A stretch of 64,000 bases of DNA from the NCBI GenBank assembly GCA_051294375.1, contig CM119270.1, positions 4,084,301-4,148,300 on the forward strand. The letters are read 5' to 3'. This document shows positions 49,878 to 63,601 of the stretch, piece by piece (the first letter of the stretch is position 1; each line of letters begins with the position of its first letter). The notes beneath the pieces were generated by a model. The model saw only the letters and a program-made list of their open reading frames with translations, was not told the DNA's origin and did not search any database. A program made the position numbers and the translations under genes. The DNA is from Paraspadella gotoi (Eukaryota > Animalia > Chaetognatha).

Positions 49878-51147
49878 GAGAGAGAGAGGAAAAAGAAAAG
49901 AATAAAAAAAAAAAAAAGAAAAAGAGAATATAAACGAAAAAGTATTAAAAGAAAAGAAAGAAAAAAGCTAAGAAAGCAAAGACGAGGGAAAAAATTTCTA
50001 TTAAAGTAAATTAACGAAGCATGAGGAAGAAAGAAAAATTGAAAGAAAAAAAAAAAACGAGAAGAAGAGAAAAGGAAAAGAAAGAAAAGAAATGAAAGAG
50101 AAAAACAAGAAAAGAAATGCCAAAGCAAAAAAGAAAGAAAAGAAAAGAAACGCGTTGCGCATAGACAAAACTATCCGAATGCATGAATATTATGCGCTTA
50201 ACAGGCGACGCTGGAGGCAGGGATGCGGAACATGAAGAAGAGGGCGAAAAGAAAAAGAAAGAAAAAGAATAAAAAGAATAAGAAAAAGTAAAGAAAAGAA
50301 AAGCAAAGAGCCTAAAGAGACAAAGAAGAAAAAAAATATAAAAGTAAAGAAGAAAGAGGAAGAAGGGAAGAAAGAAAGAAAATGAAGATGAAACAGAAAA
50401 AAAAAAAAACAGAGAGAAAAGATAAGGTAAGAAAGAAAGGAAAAGAAAAAGAAAAGAAAAGGAAAGTTAAGGAAAGAAGAAAAAGAAAAGAAAAGCAAAG
50501 CAAAAGAAAAGAAAGAAAAAAAAAGAAGATAAGGATGTATGTCCCTAGAAGAAAATACTTTATGAATCTATGAAATAAACTATAACGCCACACAAGCCAT
50601 AATAATAAATGGCGATTTTTTCTTTTATCGTCTGCTCATTCATTTTTGCGACCCGGTTTTGGAAACAGCATTTTTGTTCAGGAGAAAACTGCGCTGAAGA
50701 AATGAGAGACGAAAAAAAAAACAGGATCGATCTTGTCGTCTTTCTTTTTTTCCTTTTTTGGTATCGATGAACTATTGTTTACGGTTATTGTTTCATTACT
50801 AGATAAACGTGTGTAATAACGATTAAACAGTTTTGTACGTTAAATTATGTAGTATATAATAGTTCTTGAATAATTTTGACTTTTTCAGTGGGCTTTTAAT
50901 GATGTGGTTTCTCATGATGGAGATTAAAACACACTGACGATCTTTTGTAGGTTTTTTTGAAGAATCGAACCTTCGCGGCAAATCAGGTGAGTAAATTTTT
51001 TCCTACAAAATTGAGACCTACAATTTTATGCTATATTTGTTTTTTTATTTGTTAAAAAGATAACCGTAGCTATTAAGCTAATGTGATATTTATTTCACAA
51101 TATGTCAGTTTTGTTTTTTTCGAAAAAAAATTGGCTAAATTTTACAG

Positions 51148-51262
51148 GTTCGAACTTTTCGCACTTCGTCCTTTGTAAAAACGCGGGGATCTTGTTCGGG
51201 CAACCAATGAGACGGCTATTGCTATTGGCGGACCGGAGTGGACGGGAAAAAGATTGTGAAGT
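51148..51262 (+). CDS. paralog 2 probable EGF exon (indel-corrupted)
   Basis: tttacag acceptor; with several single-base indels corrected it reads approximately ..CKNAGSCSATNET..CYCGPEWTGKDCE; 3' boundary approximate. Confidence 0.55.
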
Positions 51263-51627
51263 AAAAAAAGATCAATTAGAGACATTGGATATGCATACGC
51301 GACATTTTAATAAGCGGAAAAGAGACTAAATTATTACAAGAATTGTGTTTTTTATAGGGGAAAAATGAACGGTGATCTTAGGGCAAAGGAGCCGGTTGGT
51401 AATAAGAGAGAGAGAGAGATAGAGACTAGAGAGAGAGAGAGAGTGTCGGATGAGAGAGAGAAGAGGGAGGGAACGCACACACACACTTATTTCAGCCAAT
51501 GGGATTGGCCTGAATGATAGTGGATGTGAGGCGTGTGAATATACCGCCACAATATTTATACAAATATTTTTGTTTCTGAAAATTAATTGTCTACAACTGT
51601 ATACTTTTGCTTCTTTCTCCTTTTCAG

Positions 51628-52201
51628 ACAAGACAAAAACCTCCTTCTGCTCAGAAAAATCATCTCCAGTCGACTTATTGTTCATAGGTGATGGCAGTTA
51701 CAGCGTCAGAAATGTTCCTTTCAAAAGGCATTAGATTTTATTGTAGAATGATAGACAGATTGTACGTAGACATCCAGAGCTGCAGTTATTGTTTATAGTT
51801 GGTACCCTCGAACCGATTGTCCTTCAACATCGGCAAAAATGGGAAAGGAAGGGTACGAAGAGCGTGTGAAATAACTCAGATCAGGTATCACGGTGGTCTC
51901 ACAAAGACCGGAGAAGCCATTTCACAGGCCGTCGCACTTTTTAAACTCGATGGCGACTCAACTCGAACTGATGTCGGTAGCTTTCGTAATCACCGATGGC
52001 AAAAGTCAAGACGACGTCTCATTTCCGCGAGAGAAGCTCAACGACTGGGAATAACCGTCTTCGCCATTTGGCGTCGGAAACAGGTAGATTGCGATGAACT
52101 CGAGACATTGCGATACACAATTCCAGAATTTATAAAGTCGACGATCACGCGATGCTAGGAAGTATAGAAGATAACTTCACGAAAAGAGTATGCGAGGATC
52201 C
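51628..52201 (+). CDS. paralog 2 vWA segment, inverted relative to its ZP part, with multiple indels
   Basis: ttttcag|DKTKTSFCSEKSSPVDLLFIGDGSYSV..GGLTKTGEAISQAVALF..ITDGKSQDDV..AQRLGITVFAI..RVCED; ends at the position where gene 1 continues into ZP (KVCEDAVGI) and abuts a 25-N gap. Confidence 0.8.
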
Positions 52202-52301
52202 NNNNNNNNNNNNNNNNNNNNNNNNNGGTATCTTTTTAACAAATAAAAAACAAATATAGCAAAATTGAGGTCTCAATTTTTGTAGGAAAAAATTTACTCA
52301 C

Positions 52302-52374
52302 CGATTTGCCGCGAAGGTTCGATTCTCAAAAAAACCCACAAAAGAATCGTCAGTGTTTTTAATCTTCCTATCAT
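52302..52374 (-). CDS. paralog 2 candidate signal-peptide first exon (second, noisier copy on + at ~50914-50986)
   Basis: MIGRLKTLTILLWVFLRIEPSRQI-G|GTGAGT, phase 1; lies ~160 nt before the EGF exon once the inversion is undone. Confidence 0.45.
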
Positions 52375-53639
52375 GATGAAACCACTCATTTAAAAGCCAC
52401 TGAAAAAGTCAAAATTTATTCAAGACTATTATATATAACTATATTTAACGTACAAACTGTTTAATTCGTTAATACAACGTTTATTAGTAATGAAACAATA
52501 CGTTAAACAATTAGTTCAATCGATAAAAAAAGGGAAAAAAAGAAAGACGCAGATCGATCCTGTTTTTTTTTTCGTCTCTCATTTTCTTCAGCGCAGATTT
52601 TCTCCTGAACAAAAACTGCTTTCCAAAACCGGGTCGCAAAAATGAATGAGCAGACGGTAAAAGAAAAAATCCCATTTTATTATTAGCTTGTGTGGCGTTA
52701 TATTTATTTCATAGATTCATAAGTANNNNNNNNNNNNNNNNNNNNNNNNNNNNNNNNNNNNNNNNNNNNNNNNNNNNNNNNNNNNNNNNNNNNNNNNNNN
52801 NNNNNNNNNNNNNNNNNNNNNNNNNNNNNNNNNNNNNNNNNNNNNNNNNNNNNNNNNNNNNNNNNNNNNNNNNNNNNNNNNNNNNNNNNNNNNNNNNNNN
52901 NNNNNNNNNNNNNNNNNNNNNNNNNNNNNNNNNNNNNNNNNNNNNNNNNNNNNNNNNNNNNNNNNNNTTTTCTTTTCTTTTCTTTTCTTTTCTTTTCTCT
53001 TCTTCTCGTTTTTTTTTTCTTTTCATTCTTTTCTTTTCTTCCTTCATCTTTTCTTTTCTTTACTTTTATAATTTTTCTCTCTTTCCTTTCTTTAGCTTTT
53101 CTTTTCTTTTCTTTACTTTTTTTCGTTTATTTTCTTTTTTCTTTTTTTTTTCTTTTCTTTTCTTTTCCTCTTCTCTCTCATCCGCTCCCTGCCTCCAGCG
53201 TCGCCTCATTAAGAACGGAAAAGGAATTCAGCATTTGCGGCAATTTTGCCTCTTTGCCGCAACGCGTCCCTTTCGGCTTTGCTGCTGCAATTTCTTTGTA
53301 CCATCGCAAGGGAGAAGAAATCCCTGTCTAATTACTTAAATGGTACGTTTAACAGAAAAAAAGAAATAAATTACTGTAATAAAAGCGTCAAAGGTGAAGT
53401 AAATCAAGAATGGCCTGAAGAGCGCTGTCCACTACTTCTTTAATCCCTTTAGCAGCCATGGAACAGGTCCAGGGCTTGGAACCTGACTTGACGGTTTTTT
53501 CATCCAATGTTTCATCCATTAGGACAGGCACTGCAATGAAATTTCGTATTTTAGCTAGCAATCACTTAGATTTGAGGTTTTCTCCTGTCTTAACAAACGA
53601 GCAATCAACTATGGGCGAGTTATAAACTTTTTTAATTTT

Positions 53640-53720
53640 AGGGGACAGACAGACGGACAGACAGACCGACCGACCGAACTACAGACCGACCGAAAAGTGA
53701 CTTATAGCGCAACTAAAAAG
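53640..53720 (-). mobile_element. HINE-like 5' terminus with (GTCT/GGTC)n microsatellite
   Basis: Minus strand tttttagttgcgctataagtcacttttcggtcggtctgt..(gtct)n; the body probably extends left toward ~53400. Confidence 0.5.
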
Positions 53721-54374
53721 GAAAAGAGAAAAAGAAGGAAGAAATAAAAAGAAAAAAAGTCGAAGACCTCATCCTTCACTCGACAACAGTTTTATGATTT
53801 TCTNNNNNNNNNNNNNNNNNNNNNNNNNNNNNNNNNNNNNNNNNNNNNNNNNNNNGGGAAGTGGGAAAGGGAGGAAGGGGTGAGGGTGATGGTGATTATG
53901 ATGTGGAGGGGATTCGGGATTTTATGTTATGTTATGTAGGATGTGATATGATGTTAGATGTGATGCGATTTGATGCTTGATGTGATATATGACGTTGGAC
54001 GTGATATGATTTGATGCTGGAAGTGACATGTCGTTGGATGTGAGATTTCTTTTTTTTATATAAATAATTTAAATTGTTTAAAGAATTGGCCGGAGGTTTT
54101 AGTTCGTCGAAGGATGTTGGATGCGTTGCTAAGAGACGACGGGGAGAGACGCTTTAAGGAGCTGAGGGGCGGAGACCAAATCGCAGCTTGTTGTTGTTGT
54201 CATTCTAGTCGTCGTTGTTCTTGTGGCTGCAGTAAGAATAGTCAGACGAAAGGTCAATTTTTTTTTTCAGTGTTGTTTAAGCGGTTGCCTTACATTTTTT
54301 TACTGATTACATTTTCTTTCTCAGAACTTTACAACTTAGTTTCTGGCGGAAATTAAGACGACGGCGACTGGGAG

Positions 54375-54432
54375 CGAACCCTAGACCTCTTTCGAACCCT
54401 AGACCTCTTTCGAACCCTAGACCTCTTTCGAA
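54375..54432 (+). repeat. 18-bp tandem x3 (cgaaccctagacctcttt); related acccctgacctctttcaa array at 8069-8160
   Basis: Direct reading. Confidence 0.85.
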
Positions 54433-55558
54433 TGCATTCAGTCGAGATAGATTGGTGTTAGTTTAAGCCTGAGCTCTGCAAGAGAGTCGTGAACCAGTCA
54501 CAACTCTCAAGAGCTCCATTTTTTTCGACTGGCGCCATGAGTTTTGGTTTGAGACTTAATTGCGTCTCGATGCGACAATTTAAGGGCGAGTCCTAATGAG
54601 TCTGAGAGCAACGTCGCCGTTTTGAGAGTCTTATACGCAAGTCATTGTACAGTGTCTGCAGACTTGTTGTTAAGCTATTAAAAATATATATATTTTTATT
54701 CTCGTCTCAAAAAAACTTTGAACTAATAGGATAGAAATGAAAATTATTTCAGGCGTAACTTTTCTAAATTTTACATAAATAATCCTAATGTAATTGGCGA
54801 TGGTCCCTCTTCAGAAACAGCGTTAAAAATGAATTAAAATTTTATCATTACAAGCGACCGCAAATTACCAAATTTTAATTTAAATCATATTCTCCCGTTA
54901 AAATTTGCATTTTCACCAGAGTTAAGGTTCAATGGGAAACGAGTCCGAAGGAGTCTGAAGAAAAATTGTTCACGCGACGTAATGAATCTTAACGAGGGAA
55001 TCTTTTTTTTTTTTGTTTTTTTTTTTTTAAAGAAAAATGAATAAAGAATGAGTCTCGTCGGAGTTTGACGAATTTTCGTTCAATTTGGGGGAAAAACTAA
55101 GTCAACAATTTTAATTTGACGATTTTTAGGGAAAACAAACAATTAATATTGGTCTTAAACAGGGTTTTAATTAGGGTAAATGAAAAAAACAATACAACTA
55201 AGACTTGGGTTAAAATTATTAAAAACTTTAGTCATTGTCATTCGCCTCGTCATAATCGTCGTCGTTGTCGTTGTCGTCGTCGTCATCATCGTTGTCGTGG
55301 GCAACATCGTCGTCGTCGTTTTCGTCATCGTCGTTGGCACCCAGAGCGCCGCTCGCAGCCAAATTCATAAAAATTCTCAGTCGGCGTCGGGCGGCGTCAA
55401 TGTCGCCGGCGGCGTCTGGCGGTCTCTACTGCGACGAATGGAATATCAAAAAAGGACGAAGAAAGAAAAAGAAAAATCTAAAAATAGAAAAATAAAAAGA
55501 AAAAGAAAATTAATGAGGAGTCGATGCTGAGTAAAGACGGATATTTAACAACATTTCG

Positions 55559-55596
<38 letters not shown>

Positions 55597-55852
55597 GCGT
55601 GAAATGAGGAAGAGAGTAAAGAAGGAGATGAGAGAATAAGAGAAAGCAGAGAACAAAGAGAGAAGTAGATGAGGAGAGTAATGGGTTAATGAATGAGTAA
55701 GAACACGAGATGAGCATTAGAAAATGCAGAAAAAGCACGAGAAGAGACGAAGCCAGGAAGATTTGTAGTGGACCCAGAAAGAGCACCGAAACTTACTAGA
55801 GCAGGACAGCATGAATCACCAGTAAGGGTTAATTCCGTTCACTTTTGCTAGT

Positions 55853-56011
55853 GGGTTAGACTGAATCTAAGACCCGTGTTTATTTATAGGTGACATGTTT
55901 CCTTGATATACGATCTCCAAGCAATCTGAAAAAGTGTAAAGAGATTGGGACGGAAAGGGGAAAAGAATGAGAAGACAGGAGAGAGAGAGAGAAGAGAGGA
56001 GAGAGAGAGAG

Positions 56012-56055
<44 letters not shown>

Positions 56056-56346
56056 TAGAGAGAGAGACNNNNNNNNNNNNNNNNNNNNNNNNNGAGAGAA
56101 AAGAGAGAAAGAGAGAGAGAGAGAGAGAAGAAGAAGAGAGAAAGAGGAGAGGAAGTAGAGAGAAACCATGTAAGGGGTCTCTGTATGTGTTAGAACTGAA
56201 TTCTAAGACCGTGTTTATTTTATTTGGTGACATGTTTCTTGATATACGATCTTCCAGCAATCTGAAAAAGTGTAAAGAGATTGGGACGGAAGAGGAAGAA
56301 AAGAATGAGAAACAGAGAGAGAGAGAGAAGAGAGGAGAGAGAGAGA

Positions 56347-56387
<41 letters not shown>

Positions 56388-56400
56388 GAGAAGAGAGAGA
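55853..56400 (+). repeat. direct duplication across a 25-N gap
   Basis: gttagactgaatctaagacccgtgtttattt..gcaatctgaaaaagtgtaaagagattgggacggaa at ~55855 and ~56190. Confidence 0.8.
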
Positions 56401-56981
56401 GAGAGAATAAAGTCTGAAAGGGATGAGGAAACGTCTTAGTTACCGAGAGAGAGAGGAGAGATAAACTGAAGGGAAGGAAACGTCTTAGAACCAAACATTC
56501 GTTGCTGCCGAAATGAAATGACGAAAACGAATTTTGAGCATGAAATAAAAAAGAACAAAAAATCTTTAATGAAGTTTTTGCTTATCTTTTTCGACATGAA
56601 AATAATTACGTAATTAAATATGTAATACATATTAAGTATGTTTATTAAATCAATAATCTCGAACTCCACACTACAGGTATTTCCTTTCCTTCCTTCTTTT
56701 CCTCCCTCATCCCTCCCTACTTTCTACAGTCTATCTCTCTCTCTCTGTCTCTGTCTCTCTCTCTCTCTCTGTCTCTCTCTCTATTCTCTCTCTCTCTCTC
56801 TCTCTCTCACTCTCTCTCTCTCTCTCTCTCTCTCTCCTCCTCTCTTCTCCTCTCTCTCTCTCCTCTCTCTCTCTCTCTCCTCTTCTCTCTCTTCTTCGTT
56901 CTGTCTCTCTCTGCTCTGTCCACTCTCTTCTCTCTCTCTCTACTTCCTCTACTCTTCTCTCTCTCTCTCTCTCTTCTCTCT

Positions 56982-57023
<42 letters not shown>

Positions 57024-57357
57024 CTCTCTCTTCTTCCTCTCCTCCTGTCCATTCAGCTACGAAGAGAAAAAAAGCCCATCACCGTAGAGGTTAGCGCTCA
57101 CTTGCCGCGGCCGCGACTAAACCGCGAAAACTTCTTCCGCGCGTCCCCAGTATTCCCCGCGATCAAAATGGACATAAAATGGATCATAAAAAAATGACCA
57201 AAAATGAACAAAGAACCGGCAGGAAGACTTAAATTGTGAAGGGGTGAAAAAACAATGAGATAGAAGAGGCACTTTGGTAGGGTGATGAGAGAGAGAGAGA
57301 GAGAGATGGAGAGAGTGATAGGAACAGGAGGAGAGAGGAGATGAGACAACAGAGAGC

Positions 57358-57390
<33 letters not shown>

Positions 57391-57712
57391 GAGACAAAGA
57401 GGAGAGAAAATTAGTGAAAGGAAATTTAGAGAGTGAAGGAAGTAAATCCCTGGTTTTGAGTCAGACTCGAAAATGAAGAAGTTGATGAGAAATGTTGGCT
57501 TGAGTCAATTGTTGGAGGAATGGTGCAAGCAATGTGATGGACATTGATTGGAAAACGTAGTTGGTAGATGAACTGATTGGTAGATCGGGATATCGTAATT
57601 CGAATGGGTATGATATGATAGGGATTAGGGAAGCCAGGTAATCTGGGCGTGAATACACGAGACTGTGAGAGAGTCTTGATTGAAAGATTGATTGATTGAT
57701 TGATTGATTGAT

Positions 57713-57799
<87 letters not shown>

Positions 57800-60309
57800 T
57801 TTGATTGATTTTTGTTTTATTTTTCTATTTTTATTTCGCTTCCGTTTCTAGTAAGCGACAACGACGACAACAACATCGACGACGAGGACGACGACGACGA
57901 CGCCCCTCGAGAAGGCGTCGAGCGGACGCCGTGGGTGGGCGCGGTCGTTTCCTGGTCGATTAAAGAGAACTGAGGGAATAGAAGTAACGCTTGGGGTTTG
58001 GTGCCGCTAATTGGATGGTGGTTTGAGCTGTTTGAGAGGTGGATCGGGCTTTTGGGTAGGTGGTTAGAGTGGTGGTTAGGGTGNNNNNNNNNNNNNNNNN
58101 NNNNNNNNNNNNNNNNNNNNNNNNNNNNNNNNNNNNNNNNNNNNNNNNNNNNNNNNNNNNNNNNNNNNNNNNNNNNNNNNNNNNNNNNNNNNNNNNNNNN
58201 NNNNNNNNNNNNNNNNNNNNNNNNNNNNNNNNNNNNNNNNNNNNNNNNNNNNNNNNNNNNNNNNNNNNNNNNNNNNNNNNNNNNNNNNNNNNNNNNNNNN
58301 NNNNNNNNNNNNNNNNNNNNNNNNNNNNCTCTCTCTCTCTCTCTTTTCAATTTTTTGTTTTCTTCTTTGTTTCCGGTTTATGAATTTTACGAGGAAGAAA
58401 ATGAGAGAGAGAGATAAAGGAAAAAGCGAATGAACGAATGAATGAATGAATGAATGAATGAATGAATGAATGAATGAATGAATGAATGAATGAAATCGAT
58501 TGAAAAAAGAAAAGTTTTGACGACAAAATGATATTGTTAAATCATTAGGTGAGTATATGCATTAAAGTTGCGAGTAACTTGTAAGTTTGGAACGTAAGGA
58601 GAGGCAAACGATCTCGAAAAAAACGACTGCATTATGGAGAGACTACAACATAATAGCCCCGTGATATTTCTGAACATCTGAGCGATTTTTAATGGTCGTC
58701 TCCGCGACTTATAGTATAATTTAGAAAATTAAATTTCTTTTTTTCCCCCGGAAATGAGTCAAAAGAAAAGAAATAAAAGAGAGAAGAAAAGAGAAGAAAG
58801 TTAATAGAGCGGGAAGAGAAACGAGGAAAGAATATTAAAAAAAAGAAGTAAAGTAAATTAAGAAAATGAAGGAAAAGAAAAAGAAAATGAAGAAAAGAGA
58901 AATAAAAAAAAGGAGGAAAGCTAAAGAAAATGAAAGGAAATAGAAAATTTAGAGGAAAGGAAATAAATGAGTCGCGATGAAAAGACAAAGATTTTTTTTT
59001 TGCTTTTGAAAGTTCGTTTCCTCGAAAAAGGAAACTCATTACGATCGGCGAGGTGCGTGCGGCAATTAGGAGGAAAGGAAAGGGAGGAAAGGAAAGAGAG
59101 GAGGAAAAGGGAGGAAAAGAAAGGGATGAGGAAATGAAGGAAAGGAAAGAAGGAAAGGGGGAGGAAGGGAGAAAAGAGAGAATAAAGGGAGGAAAGGAAC
59201 GGGAGATGGAAAGTGATGAAAGGAAATGGGAGGAAGGGAGGAAAGAGCAAGGAAAGGGAGGAAAGGAAAGGGGAGGAAAGGGAGGAAAGGGGGAGGAATA
59301 GAGGAGTGCTGAGGAAAAGAACAAAGGAGGGGATGAAAAAGAATGGGGGAGAAACGGGAGGGGCATTAAAGGAGGAGAGAGGAGCTGAAAAAATTTTAAT
59401 GACTAAAAATACAAAAATTAAAAAAAGGATAGAATAAAACTGAGACAAGGATAGAAAAAAAAACGGGGACTATTTTANNNNNNNNNNCCTGAATTGATAA
59501 TTTTAAAACGGCTTGATGATATTATTCCCTGTTTTAACTTCAAGTTTGATTTTTAATGACGGGACTAAAAAAGTCCGTCAATGTTTTCGACAGTCATAGA
59601 TCATTTCCAACTTCAGATAAATTAAAATTTTAATCGCGCGAATAGTGCGGTTTTTGTTTTTTGTACAAAATTAAAATTACTATCTCTCTCTCTGTCTCTC
59701 TCTCTCTCTCTCTTTCTCTCTTTCTCTACGGATGGTAGTCTTTAGTCTACTTAGCGCCTCAAACACGAAACCAGCGACCCTCGACCTCACCCCACCCCAG
59801 AAAAAAAAGCCCACCCTCACCCCCATTAAACAACGAAACCCACCCTCGTCTCGGTTCCCACCCTCACTTTACGTCCACCACCTTCGTCGCCAAAGAGTCG
59901 AATCCACGCGAGAATAAATTTCCATGAGAGAATCCCTCAGTCGTTCATCTCTTTTTCTCTTTCCTCCATTTTCTTCTATCTCCTCTTTTCTCCTTTCCTC
60001 TTTCCTCCGTTCTCTTTTTTCTCGTCCTCTTTTCTCCTTTCCTCCTTCCTTCATTTTCTCATCTCCTCTTTGCATCTTTCCCCCTTCCTTTCTCTTTATT
60101 AACTCCGCTCTTTTTCTTTTCTCTTTCCTCCCTTGTTTAAACTCCTCCTTTCCTCCTTCCTCCATTCTTTTTTAAACTCATCCTTTTCTCTTCTTTCCTC
60201 AATTTTCTTTAATTTCTTCCACTTTTCTTCTTTCCTCCTTTCTCCTTCTTTTTCCAAACTGCTCCTTCTTCTTTTCCTCCATCCTACGATTTTTTTAACT
60301 CCTCTTCCC

Positions 60310-60474
60310 TAATCTTCTCATCTCTAATCATCTCCAATCATCTCTAATCCTCTCATATTTAATCATCACTAATCATCTCTAATCATCTCTAATCCTCTCA
60401 TCTCTAATTATCTCTAATCATCTCCAATAATTTCTAATCATTTAATCTCTAGTCATCTCCAATCCTCTAATCAT
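60310..60474 (+). repeat. 10-bp minisatellite (tctctaatca)n
   Basis: Direct reading; runs into a gap. Confidence 0.8.
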
Positions 60475-61543
60475 NNNNNNNNNNNNNNNNNNNNNNNNNN
60501 NNNNNNNNNNNNNNNNNNNNNNNNNNNNNNNNNNNNNNNNNNNNNNNNNNNNNNNNNNNNNNNNNNNNNNNNNNNNNNNNNNNNNNNNNNNNNNNNNNNN
60601 NNNNNNNNNNNNNNNNNNNNNNNNNNNNNNNNNNNNNNNNNNNNNNNNNNNNNNNNNNNNNNNNNNNNNNNNNNNNNNNNNNNNNNNNNNNNNNNNNNNN
60701 NNNNNNNNNNNNNNNNNNNNNNNNNNNNNNNNNNNNNNNNATCATTATCGACCTTATAACATTTATCAATGTCAAAATGAAATTGATAATAGGTAAGCTA
60801 TCTTCACGTTTGACTTTTGTAAAAAAATACCATAGAAAGGGCCCTGCAAGCAATCAACCATAAATCATTAATCAACCACAATTACCATCATCATATTCAT
60901 CAAATTTAATATCATCGTCATCATCGACATCATCATCATCACCGTCATCGTCATCATTCCTCATCATCATCATCTCTTCATCATCATCTATCAACCGTCA
61001 TCCTCATGTCATCATCATCATCATCGTCATCATCCCGTCCTCGGATTTTCCTCTTCTGTTTTTCTGGGGTCAAACGTCCGTCGACGTCCGAAGACTCGAT
61101 TCCCGTCAAAACACGAGGAATTTTAGGATGACGAGTTGGAGGAGGAAGAAGAGGGGAGGGAGGGAGGGGAGGGGTAGAGGAGGTAGGGAGGGAGGGAGGA
61201 AGGGAAGAAATGAGATACGGGGAAGAGAGGAAGAAGACGGCAGAAATAATAGAAGGAAGAAGATATCTGAGAGAGTGAAAAAGAGAGAGAGGAAGAGAGA
61301 AGAAGCAACTTTTTAATTCATAAGTTTAAGCGATAATTTATTTTTTCTCGTCTTACTTCTTACGGTTGAGCGGTGAGATTCGCCAGTGGGAATGGTAGGA
61401 TCACCGACGTCGCTTCGTCGTCGTCTTCGTCGTTTGAGTCACTACAATCTCTACTTAAAGCAACCGAGATCGGAAATTGAGGGTTATTAACATCAAAAGT
61501 TTAAATCTCGATTTTCAAATTCAAAAGTAGTTAGTTGCCTTTT

Positions 61544-61868
61544 GGCCTTATTTTACCCAGATGCTCCATTATTCCTAAAATTCTGAATTAGGTTAATCAT
61601 TTGAATTAAAGATTAGGTTATGGGTAGGGTTTAAGGATTTGGTTAGTCATTAGGTTAGTGAGGTGAAGTATTAGATTGTTAAAGAGTTAAAGAGTTAAAA
61701 ACTTTGGGATATGAATTTAGAGTTACGTTTTAAGGATTAGGTAAGGGTTTGGGATTAAGGTCAGAGATTAGGTAATAAGTTTCAAAATATGTGTAGGTTA
61801 AATATCAAAATTGAAAATAAATTAAGGGATAAAGGAACAGAAATGGGGCGCTCTGGAAAAACAGAGCC
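61544..61868. mobile_element. MITE-like TIR element with degenerate (TTAGGG)n, same family as 29008-29267
   Basis: ggccttattttacccagatgctccatt ... aaatggggcgctctggaaaaacagagcc. Confidence 0.55.
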
Positions 61869-62150
61869 GGATTCCTTAAAAACTACGGTTCCATACGGCC
61901 GATATTTTCCAGAGAAACGACTGGTCAGAAAAGGTCAACTAAATGACCAGGAAAAAATGACCGGACGCGAGGTCACAACATCTTTTAATATTATTTAAAT
62001 AGTAAATTATTTTGGATCATACAAACATTTCAAACGATATCTACTCGACTTTCGATCTTATTCGTAATTTTAAAGCGGCAAATGAGATAAGACAAAAGCA
62101 AGAGGGAGAAGCGAGTGAAAGAGCAAGATGAAGAATGAGTGCGAATGAGT

Positions 62151-62235
<85 letters not shown>

Positions 62236-63539
62236 TTTTTTATGCAGAATATTATTTTTCGGAATTCTTTTATGACTTTCCAAATTACGAGAGAAATAAA
62301 AAGCCGAATGTGTTGAAGTTGTGATCCACGACGACGACGACGACGGCGACGATGACGACGCCTCGCCACCCATTCCTTCCATTATTTTTTTTTACAACGA
62401 GGTGATTCACTTTTTCTGGTTTGACAACAACAACATTTTGTAAAGTTCATTACCATTACCGACGCCTTTTAGTTTAAAAAAAAGCAATAATTTTTTTTAC
62501 ATTTTAAAAAGTTAATTATTCTGGGAATGACGACGTATTTGTTATTTTTAAACGCCCTCGATACAATAAATACAAATACAATACAATGTACGGTAATTTG
62601 AAAATGTCCCTTTGTTGTCTGAAAATTTTTAAAAAATGCGTTTTCTCTCGCATTCTTTCTTTTTTCTCTCTTTAAAGTTGTCAATTTTCTTTCTTTATTC
62701 TGTCGCCGTCGTTTCAGCTTAATTAAGCAATTTGCATATCAGGACGAGTTCCACGCCCCCCCCTCTTTCGACGCCATCGCACGCGAGTTGATTACGTGCG
62801 AATGCGAGCGAATGCGTGCGAATTTGGAAACTCGGCTGTCGTCGTTAATAGAGGGGTAATATAGTTAGTTTGTAATATGTTTACCTAGCTTTGCTACATA
62901 GATATGTTTTAGTCTAGGGTAGAAAAAATATTTATCAATGAAAATTGAATAATAAATAATTACAATGCAAACTCGTACTGGGGAGTTTGTCGTGCCTAGA
63001 AAATAAACATATAGATTCTTATGAATTAGTTTATAACTTTAAAAAATATTGTTTTTATTGATACCGTTGCTGTTTTCCTATTTAACAATTTTGCAAATAT
63101 CGTTTTTGTTATTAATTAAAAAAAAAGAAAATAAACACTATAGTAGAGAGAAAAACAAGTTTACATGAAAAGCAGATTTTAAATAATCGGGAGTTTAAAA
63201 TCGTGTAAAAACTGCAAAAATTCACAAATAGTGTTGTGATGTCATGAAAATATAGAATTAACATAGATGAGTTTATATTATTAACAAATATGTCAGTACT
63301 ACTCCAGCGAGAAACGGACACGACCAGACACTCCTTTGAGATACGAGGTTTTAATTGGATAAAGATAAAGCCTTCCTTTCCCTTGAGTAATGGCGAGGAG
63401 AGGGTGAGGTCATGTGAAACCCCACGCTTCCCATTTCCTCTTCACGTCCATGAAGCTCACGACATAAATGGAAAAGAAAGATTGCCGCTCTAAAATGTAA
63501 ACTGGCACAAAATGTGAAAATGCCTCGTGACAGAGGAAG

Positions 63540-63601
<62 letters not shown>

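Larger units (their letters stand above)
50150..53266. repeat. inverted duplication (arms ~50150-51065 and 52227-53266)
   Basis: For example 50581-50670 is the reverse complement of 52615-52702, and 51041-51065 of 52227-52250; differences are indel-type. Confidence 0.88.

Noticed and set aside
49878-50128. Hydrophobic F/L/S-rich N-terminus of the 664-aa ORF as a signal or TM region
   Set aside because: It is the reverse complement of an A/G low-complexity tract beyond the inversion breakpoint; homology to gene 1 starts only at ~49877
57461-57670. Possible L2/CR1 LINE ORF2 C-terminal remnant (PDYLASLI..FELR)
   Set aside because: Only a weak motif resemblance with no RT motifs; needs a TBLASTX/Dfam check
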